Below, piece after piece: positions 41,741 through 51,927 of a stretch of DNA of 64,000 nt (its first letter is position 1; each line of letters opens with the position of its first letter). The translations under genes and the position numbers were made by a program. Location of the stretch: NCBI RefSeq assembly GCF_000150275.1, contig NW_002060956.1, positions 186,001 through 250,000 on the forward strand. Direction: 5' to 3'. The notes under the pieces were generated by a model. That model had not been told where the DNA came from. It did not search any database and worked only from the letters and a program-made list of their open reading frames with translations. This DNA is from Trichoplax adhaerens. Its lineage: Eukaryota; Animalia; Placozoa.

Positions 41741-41939
41741 AAATAGATCAAGGGTAGTGCAGTGAATACGGAATCAGATTAGCGGAAGAACTTGACTTTC
41801 GGCAGTTTTTAAATCAAGTTTCTTGTAATAAGAATGAGCTCTAGCCGTAGACACTAGCCAATTCCTGGTTCTATCTATCAATCGCCATCAAAATGATAAC
41901 TTTTTTTTTTTTTTTTTTTCTTGGAATGTTCTGTGAAAG

Positions 41940-42070
41940 CATGACGTAACCGCTAGTCTGCACCGTATTGTACAGTATGTACTGTAGACCTGGTATTAAT
42001 CCAGTCCAGCCGCAGTTTTGCTTACAGTACATTGTACTGTAAGCACCGGGCTACTGTACTGCAGGTAGAA
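41940..42070 (+). promoter_or_regulatory. Putative distal promoter or enhancer of FoxQ1
   Basis: CpG-richer patch after a T19 run. Contains TGACGTAA, two TACAGTA palindromes and a possible donor CAG|GTAGAA at 42064/42065. Confidence 0.4.
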
Positions 42071-44684
42071 ATTGTTTACTCATTCTGATTCATGCTTGCC
42101 ATTGTCTTTCCCATTGTTCATCGTTGCGCATTTGAAATCAATCGACAATTCTTATTGACGGTATACCGGCGTTAATTTGTTCAATTATTACTTGCACGAT
42201 CGGTAGTCTTATTTAGATTGATTTTACAAGCCTGATCCAAGCTATTTTTCATTCTGCATGTCAGTATGGATGTTGTAGGAAAAGTGTAAAAGCAGTATTT
42301 GAAATTTTTTGGGGCTAGGTTTTACTGAAATCGCGTCATTTTTGGTGTCCTTAAAAAGCTGGAAAGTTGTTGGCAAGAGGTCAGTAATAATGGAGTACTA
42401 GAAATGATCGGATGGATAATCATCATAGTAACCGAATCGAAATGGCAAGCTGATCACCCTTTTACAACCCTTTCCCAACTGATCGATATGCCATATATGC
42501 ATTGTGCTTTCCCTAGTGATTTGTAGTGTGTACTTGCAGTACCTATTCCTGTACCTATTCCTCCGGCATGCATATCATGTTATCAAAGATGTGTCTGGCT
42601 ATAAATAGACTTGGAGTGTGCTTCTATGTTCAATATGCGGTAGTAGTACTAAAGTCGGATAGCAAGCTAGATCGTGATCCGGTAGATGGGGGGTATAAAA
42701 TAGAAATGAAGAAGCAAGATACAATCGCTAGAGTACAAGAGTATCAGGAGTAAAAACGACAATCACCACCTTGAAGAAAAATACAGCCGAGGACTCTCGA
42801 GATCATCACGTGAATAGACTTAGAAGGCGCTGTAAATCACTACCAGGCATAGTAACAGAGAGTGATCGATTCCATTCTGCATTAGACTATATAGCTTATT
42901 ATGACAGCGACAGTATTGATGATGGGACGACTACGATATCAATTTGCAAACATGTCGTAGTAAAGGCATACTGTATGCCTGTGGATGTGTGAAGTAAATG
43001 CCTTGAAATCGGAACATAGCGACTAGAATAAAACCAGTAGATTGGCTCAAGCAATGTAGTCGTGTACGGCAAAATGGTACTGTACAAGTGGCGCTTAGAT
43101 TGTTTAGAACAGTGTTCAATTTCTACCTAGTGCAAAGCTTTCCTAGGATAGAAAGACTACTGTATTGCAAGACAATCTTCACTCATCTGTTACGTCATGC
43201 TAGTACCCAATGGACGACAGACAATCAAGATGTTTTTCCTCTTTTACTAGCCCTAATATAGTCTCCTCCATTCATGCAAGCAGTATGTTTTGTGAGGAAT
43301 AGTGCAATATTTTTCGTGTGATCATTTATTACGTAGCTACCGTAGGCATTTGGGTGTGTAGTACCATTGGCCGGTATGCATGTTCTTCACACTTTCAGTA
43401 GTTGTCTAATGATTAGTTACTACAATTATTGCAAAGTGTGAAAGAAACTTGGATGGCCTGGCTTAATATAATTGGTTGCTACTACCCAAACTATTCTTCC
43501 AATTTCTTATATATACTTGTTCTGTAACACCTTGTGCGTTAGTCATAGCTCTCAATCGTACAGTACACGTACTTAGGCAGGCCTTGTTCAACTATTTCTC
43601 CTTATTCATTTCACGCTGAAACGTTGAAACTTGAATTGAAAAATTATTGCATTTATTTGAGCATAGTGGTACAATTTATTTTTTAATGTCCTAAATGGCT
43701 TTAAATTTGTCCAAATTTAAGAATTTAAAAATTTTCAATTTGAATCATGTCGTGTTTGTACTATATTTTTAGATTTGCCGATTCATTTATAACTTCAGCT
43801 GATTCAGAAAAGACAAAGATTCGCTTCTGAGGTAAGGATCAAGAATACAGTACTGATTTCAAATTTTATAGTTATTTTTTAAAATTTGCAAATTTAGTGT
43901 ATTCCATACTTGCTTTTACCATGATGATCGTGTCTTCCTCTTGGATTGAACTCCATTGATTATGTAGTTAAATTAATTTCCAATTCATTCGCAATTGCAA
44001 GTTACATTAACATAAGGAGAAAATGATTGATAGCGTGGTGCTCATATTGAATATGAGAAGCTTTTCAATTATAAAAAGTAGAGTATGACTAATGACAATA
44101 TGAAAGCACGGTAGCATTAGTCGCATTTTTTGAATTTAAAAGTGTTTCCATATTACAACCGACATAGTTGAACAAGATATACGGCATGCCGTATTAATGT
44201 GTGATATAAAAGGAATTTTTGTATTATTCCATTTCCAACGTATATCATTGTATGCGTTCTCGACGACTACTGTACTGGATAGACTAAGGAGAAAATTGTC
44301 GTTGATGTTGTATTGTCAGCCCTCGACAGTCTGCGAGTAGTCATACTATGCTACACGTATATACTATATGCTAGTTTTTTTTAACACAAGTATGCGATAT
44401 TCATTCGATCAGTTTTAGTGTTACTACAAATAGAACTGTCTATTTGTGCAGTATTTGCATAAGAGAAATGAATACGTGTAGTTACTCTATTGAGATATGC
44501 ACAGTATTTATGCATTGCTTAATTAATCTCAATAGGCAATTTAAAAAAATGCTATTTTTTCTATAGAGTTTAACTTGACGTAGTGATGATAATACAATTA
44601 TTTTTTTAGATGATTGCTTTTCATAATTAAGATTTATACTTTTGTAAATAAAATTAGATTTAACAATACTGTGCTCCGTGTCTA

Positions 44685-46194
44685 ATGCTAATAGCGAAAA
44701 TGCCGTCGATAAAAAAACAGAAGAAAAAGAAGCCATCCCCATCCAAACGACCCAGCTATCAACGCTATGCCAAACCTCCGTTATCCTACATCGCCTTGAT
44801 TTCTATGGCCATAGATGCCTCACCAGACAAGCGTTGTACGCTCAACGATATCAATAAATACTTGGTTGATAACTTTGACTTTTTCCGTGGCAACTACACC
44901 GGCTGGAAAAATTCGGTTAGTTTGAACATGCATTGATTTGTTACAGTCTATTATTATATGCGGAAATAGAACTAGACGCATATGATAATTATAATTGATC
45001 AATGCACCGTAACTATCTTAATATGGTGTTATATCCTGCATGCTATCGAGTTAATAACTAGTGGTATACGTCTTCCATTTGAAAAATTATTATTCGAATA
45101 AAGCTATGTCCATGTTGGGAACCTACAGTATTGAATGATGCTTTTTTTCAATTTCTTGCCACGCATAATAATGTGTGTATATTTAAAATGGTAATGAAAC
45201 TTACTTTAAACTACTTCTGTATAATCTGTAGAATTGTGAAAAATTCAATATCGCAGTTTATTTACTTTGTCCCAATCGACCATCATGCTCGATTGGATTA
45301 ATCATAGAATGCCTTGTATTGTCCTATTTTTCATCTATTTACTTCAATGGCCGTATATTCATAAAATTGCTATTGATATGATAGGTGCGACATAATTTAT
45401 CGCTAAATGACTGCTTTATTAAAGTCCTCAAAGATCCCAATCGACCGTGGGGTAAAGATAATTACTGGACAATTAATGAACAGAGTGGATTTACCAGCGC
45501 AGCTGTAGAGAGTTACAAGAGAAGAAGAAAGAGACTTCGAGCAGATAATGATGCATCGTCTGTTACTACCGATGATAATGTTTCCATTATAAGGAGCCGT
45601 ACCAACAGTTCTTCCGATGTGACGGAATCCAGTTATGATCATGCTACTGTCAATTCGACGAGTATTCATCATGAAATCGCCCCAAGTTGTAGTTCTCGAG
45701 GTTCAACGAGTGGAACAACGACACCTAATGCTACGCATTTTGCAAAAGCAGATGAAAGTGCTGTTACCAACTACGACGAACTGATCGATGAAAATAAAAA
45801 TCGTATTAGCAATGTGGCTGTCAAGCCTAATGGTGATCAATGCTTTATGTCAGCGGCAGAGAAATTCTTAGAAGCAGCGTATATTAAGCAACAAATTCAA
45901 GCTACGAATTGTATGCCTGTTGCAGGCATGACTGCATCCGTGTCCAATGTACCTTGTGTTAATATACCTTTTAATAATAGCCATGTAACACCGATGAATA
46001 GTCTGGCTCAAGTGGCACGGTCGCCGGCTTTTGGATCTCAATTTAATAATGCTACATTAATTTATCCTTACCATAACTTTTTATATAGATCTTTATATCC
46101 TCCTACTCAACCTGTTGAATCTTACCCTTATCCTAGATTTCATTATTGCTACGCAAATCACGTTAGTGCTACCAATGCTGCTTGTAGCAAGTAA
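44685..46194 (+). CDS. FoxQ1: Forkhead box Q1 transcription factor, 2 coding exons (44685-44915, 45385-46194), ~346 aa
   Basis: Spliced domain [14 protein letters not shown]...[12 protein letters not shown]|[28 protein letters not shown]. The D-P[10 protein letters not shown] segment is diagnostic of FoxQ1. Phase-0 intron GTTAG...ATAG at 44916-45384. The start could instead be the ATG at 44700. Confidence 0.9.
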
Positions 46195-48119
46195 GGAATG
46201 AAGAAGAAAAAATGTAGTTTAAGGAGGAATCGAGTGATTCCCAATCAAGGCTGGCTGCAACAGCCATCGATGACGGCAGTCGATAGCGTAGCAATTTTTT
46301 CAGTATGGAATAATCGAACTTCGAAAATTCAGGTTTTTTTTTTTTCCCCCTCCATGCCGGCATATGAAGGCCAAGCAATCCATCTATTTAGCAGCAAGCC
46401 TTTAATAGTGAACGAAGAGTTAGTACTGTAAAACAGTTTGGATCCGTACGTACATTGGCACTATAATGTACGATAGATTAAATTATTGGTATCATTCTAA
46501 GCCTACATGTAGTTTTTAATTTGTTGTATTAGCATTGGTTACAGAGACAACTTAGATAACTTGATAAAGTTATTAAGGTGTCCAATTTTCATGTCACTAG
46601 AACTTGTACTCTTGATAGTCTGCTCAAATGGATAGCGTTCTAGACGACTTATGACAGCTTATCAAATAACAAGAGGTAGCTTAACGAATATAATGATAAC
46701 GTTTGACATACCTCTTCTTGCCAGGTATGGGGTTGAAGGCTAACATTTTTTTTTGTGTTCTATTACATTTTACTAATTGTGATGGAAAGCTAAGAATAAT
46801 TGATATAACGTAACATAGTAAAATAAATAGAATCAGACGCCAGATTCAATGGTATCTTCCATGGATACTCAATATCGTTTTGCTCTCTAATACTGTATAA
46901 CATTTTGTATAATACAGCTAATTGCAATATTGTCCTAATTTATCATGCATATATCTCCAATTGAAATAAATTTTATGTGATTGGAAAGGATGAGGTTATC
47001 ACGTGTAGATTTATTTAATGATTGATTCCAATTTCTCTGGATTTTACCATGCTAAGTGGAAGCGGGCATTTTTTACCAATGCAAGTTTGAAGAATCTGGA
47101 GACAATTTTTGTTACAGTATTGCACATAGTAGTGAAATGGCGTTGTAGGTGTATTTTAGAGTATTGAAATAACGAGCACCGAAGCCTCTCGACGCGGAGT
47201 ATATTCTATATGCATGATGATCCTTGTATTTTGTTGAGTAAATTAACAAACGGGTTGTAGGAATGATTCGATTGCAAATGGCACCACTACGCTCATCCGT
47301 TCGTAGATTTAGTTTTGAGGCATGATGAGAAAACTTGCTCATTGCTATTTTCTCAAAGCCCAACGGTATTTGCGTCTAGCCTGCTGGGTCGATTGCTTAT
47401 TGTAGATTTGAACTAGCACAGCGATTGGAAAAGTTCAGTACAATTATTTATTAATAATGCAGCAATCTATCCACATGCATTGAATCTAGAAGTAACTACA
47501 GTAATTCATGTTAATACTAAGTACTGCGATCAGCTTGATAAAGTCCCAATAGCAAAATGGGTGTTGAGAAAGTATTTTAAGAGGGTAGCGAAAACTTACT
47601 CGATCGCAGTGAATAGATTCGTAACTGCGTTGTACTTTCCAATTTGCCATGATGGCGGCGTTGGTGTCCTTAAGCACGGAAGTTTTTTCTTTGGCCTCGA
47701 TGTCCTTGACAGTAATAAGGCTACTGAGTGAAAAACAACCGAAAAATAGCGCATGGTTCTACATAGTAAAGGGAGTAATGGACGCTAGAAACACTTTTAT
47801 GCACAATCCTTGCTCAGGCAGTAGCTTACTTTGAGCGTAACTAGACTGTAAAATTATATTTCTTCTTTCATACTACAAGGATTACTTTTTGATAGCCTCT
47901 AGCTGAATCTATAAGTTGGATCATCAGTTATGATCTGCAATGGCAGTTATGGATTACTCCACACCGGATTGGGTGGCCCACAGCTATACAGCATCGTTTG
48001 GCAAAGCCGTACATGGTTTAGTTTTGTCCTAGATGTACCGAAAAATCTCAAGATGAGCGTACTCGATTTGAATTTTTTTACTGTACGTTACTGCAGGACC
48101 ACGAATGAAAAATGGCTTT

Positions 48120-48845
48120 ACTCCATTAGACTGACTAGGCAAGCGAAAAATTGGGGCAAGAAATCAAGATGAATGCCGTACTCGCCCAGAAGCTGAAGTA
48201 TGGTATAATAAATTCATTTTACACTATATTTTTCTGGACTTTTTATTACGGCATCGTTCAGGTTTTCTGCAACCCGAAACACAGTACACCAAATTTTCAA
48301 AATGTCCGGAAATGCAAATTGTCAACCCTGGTGTGGAATTCAGTACAGAATACGGATATGCAAATGAAGGAGAACTTTGCAAATCTTCACCAACTCATGC
48401 TCTACCGTGCATTATACTAGCTTGGCAAGCGAAAAAAAATGGGAGGCAACAAGTGAAGATGCATTCCTTGTTGGATCAGGAGCTTAAGCGTAGTTCAGTG
48501 AATTGCCTTTTTTCCTGTCCTGGACATTTTCTTACAGCACTGTGTAGCAAATTGAAAAATGTCCAGAAATGCAAATTGTCTACCAACATATGCAAATGAA
48601 GTAAAGACCTTGACCAATTTTTTAGGGCCTAACATGCTCTAATGCATTAAACTGACTAGCCAAGTGACAAAAAATTGGAGACAAGAAATGAAGATGAATG
48701 CCTTGCTCGATCAGTAGCTCGAACGTAGTTCAGTGAATTCCATTTTTACTGTCGTGGACATTTTTAGTTACAGCACAGTCAAGTAAATTGAAAAATGTCC
48801 ACAAATGGAAATGAATGATCTACCCTTATGCGGAATCCAGTACAT
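48120..48845. repeat. Degenerate tandem repeat, 3 copies of ~235-290 bp
   Basis: Units begin CATTA(G/T/A)ACT...CAAG(C/T)GA...AAGATG at ~48124, ~48410 and ~48645 and share AAAATGTCC..AAATG.AAAT. Confidence 0.85.
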
Positions 48846-49789
48846 ACTGTATTTCAATGAAGTCCAGTATAGTAGAAAGCTGTATAAAATTTTATTTTGG
48901 GGAGTTTCTACTAGCAAGGACTAAAATCGATCGATCGTTTTCTTTCTTTTTCAAGTACAGCATGAGATAGAAGGTAGACATTTTTAGCATTTTTCCAGTC
49001 TCTCCTACAGGCTAGTACTGTAAAATGTGTTGTCTTTTTCCTTCTTTTTCAAGTAGTCGCTTGGTCTTGATCATCTCGAACTTAGTTTACCCTTCTTTAA
49101 AGTGGATAGTACAGTAGTGTAGTTCGCTATGTCGGAAATACCCTTGTCTTTTTCACTGCTTATGGACTGGCATAGGCGGCCATTTATTGCCTTATAAAGC
49201 TTTCTCTTGAAGCCTTTTTCATGGCAATCCATGCTGATGATGGTGGACAAGGTGTTAATTGGCGGCATTGATGAGTATGGGTGTTATTTCAGAAGCCTTT
49301 AGTGGAGTCCAACTGACTAAATCAAGTGGGCAAAATGACTTTGTACACTTCCGCAAAACGCGTCCTGTGGAGTCCTCCATCTCCTGACGAATCCACGGGT
49401 ATTCTATTACTACTCTTTGATTGGGCTGCAGCGACCATTACGTCGTATACAGGTGTTGAATTTGGTAGTAAAACTCGGATGCAAATGCATCGGAAAGCCT
49501 ACATCCAATCCTGTAGTAAAATAAGCCAATCGGAAGAGCAACCACATTACTTGGCACATAGAAGCAATTTAACCTGGGGAATACCCACAACGGTAAATAG
49601 ACATTTCTCATTCTCAATAGGATTGATTTTTATTATTATGAATGATGTACAAATGATCGGTTGGTATGATGACTACAAGGTAAATCAATGATGAACGCAT
49701 TTCATGTCTGCTTGAAAATTTTCAACTCATGATTGCCAATCTTGTCGTTGATGGATAACTCTATTGGATAGCTACGATCCATCTTTCGC

Positions 49790-50245
49790 TTATGCTATGG
49801 CAGGTATTGCCAATTGGGTGATCATTTTGTTACATTTCATCCAGTATTTTGCCTAATTTTGACCCAATTGAGAGTGAGCGCAAAGCCAAATGGCTTAGTG
49901 GGAAGATACTCCATTTTCAATCTACGGTAGCATTTTTCCATTCATGCCGTTATAGGCAGGTATCGCCAATATTGCAATCGTTGTGTTGCGTTTCGTGAAG
50001 GTTTTTTGCCAATTTCGACTTAGCTGAAAGTCGGCTAAAGCCAAGTGGGTTAGTTAGTAGACGATACTCTCTATTCTTGAGTACAGTAATCGCTTTTCTA
50101 TTTTCTATCGATGGTACAATCTTCGACTCATGCCGTTGCAGGTAGGTGTTGTCGAGCATTCCCTTTTATTTCATCGAGGGTTTTTGCCAATTTATACCAA
50201 ATTGAAAGTAAAGCAAAGCCAAGCGAGTTTGAGTTAGTAGACGAA
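49790..50245. repeat. Degenerate tandem repeat, 3 copies of ~160-185 bp
   Basis: Shared TTTTGCC(T)AATTT...TGA.AGT....AAAGCCAA blocks at ~49847, ~50004 and ~50182, plus CATGCCGTT..AGG.AGGT junctions. Confidence 0.8.
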
Positions 50246-51927
50246 TCAACCTAGCAATCCTGTCCTATACTAGCTTAAATTTGAACGCCATTGGATAACC
50301 AAGATAAAAAATAGATACACGTTGATGATAGCAATTTTCGTACAGGATATGAAAAGCAAATCCTCTTGCACTCAGTCTAGCTGCGGTAAGATACCGCGCA
50401 AAAATATTCTTCCATGCAGCCCCATCTTCTTTTTCTTCTAATACGCCTTCTGTTCTGTAGAAAGCGATCGTTAAAATGTATCATATCGATAAAAACACGA
50501 CATTGAAATAGATCTCACATGTTTTGAATCATCGATCGGACTGAAAAATTGTTGTTGATGTTAATCGACTTGGTCGATTCTCTGTGCCAGTACATCGACT
50601 ATCATCAACTTGCCAATTCGGTAAATGTTCAAAATCAAAAATGATTACACCACCAAGGCAAAGGAAATCTTACGTCGATAACCAATGATACAGTACTGTA
50701 CTGTGTAATGTCATTGCCTAAAAGAAATCCTTTTCTTCAATTGACAAGATATTTTTTGCATACGCTATCATTTATATAGTTTAAACTCATCAACTTCTCC
50801 ATACTTTTGACGGTCAAAACGCAATGAGGAGTCGATGAAGATACTGCGAATACAGCAGCTTCATTACTTGATCTTGCCAATCTCTTGGATGCTCACGAAA
50901 TTAAATTAATTATCGTTTTATTATTGCTCAATTCATTCGCTGCAATAATGAAGTTTAGCAATGGTCATAAGTTACCTTTCATACATAGGTACGCCGTAGC
51001 CATCACTTGTTGTCCTGAAACGATTGTCAAGGAAAAGAAATTTGGAGGCAGTGTGCTATCCGCCATTTTTATTTGTTTAACCAGTATTATTGACTACATT
51101 CTATACTTTCAGCCAAGACGACAATACGGTAGCTTTAACGCGGACATTTATTCTTGGATAAGAAAAATTGGCTAGTGCCTTTTTAACCTTTTCTATCCCG
51201 TCTTGAATTCAATTAAACACTTTCCACGTAATTTCAGCCCACCGCTAGGAATGCAATGCACTTCCCAATACGACCCACAAGTTTGATTACCCGCCATCTA
51301 GTTTACACTTCATTACTTTTTATACAGTGTTGAACGCTATGACGGCATTAACAATTGAACATGGCTGCTGTCGATTGAGTATTCTAAAATTGCATCATAC
51401 GAATAGGATGACAAAATTTATAGTGTTAATCAGTAGCACCATGAATCATCATCTACGCACAGTACAACAGTTGAACAAGGTGTTATATTTGCGACTATCA
51501 CTACTGATACTCCATTATCCGATAAAGTATAGGGTAGTTCATTAATTAACGATAGAAAATTCAAGTAAATAGTGTGTATTTTTACATTTGTATCCTCTAT
51601 CTTCTGTTGATGATATTCGGTCTTCTTTTCTAACATAGTCAAAAGCAAGACAAAAAATCGAACATTACCACCACATACGGTACATTAAATCTACATGCAG
51701 AGGTAGAATGGCAACGGGATTGGATCTATAACAAGGGCAAATCCATCGCCAAAGGAAAAGCTATTGCTCTACTTTGACTTCAAAGTAGAATATTCACACA
51801 AGCAGTAGAACGCTATTGCAAAGAAAAAGAGATCAAGAGAAAACAGCGTTATTATAGTGCCAGTTAAAATTTACGGATTTTAAGACGTTATTGCTACATC
51901 GTTGTGTAGACGTAGAAACGTTACTCC

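Noticed and set aside
41901-41919. T19 run as a retroposon poly(A) tail
   Set aside because: No target-site duplication or recognisable element body; more likely a promoter-associated poly(dT) tract.
15995-43119. Short ORF-track entries in the FoxC-FoxQ1 interval
   Set aside because: They are 60-92 aa, many have non-ATG starts, composition is AT-driven, and none has a recognisable domain.
44685-46194. FoxH1 assignment suggested by YQRYAKPP
   Set aside because: [15 protein letters not shown] and [12 protein letters not shown] match FoxQ1; FoxH1 has WKDSIRHNLSSN and KGNFW.
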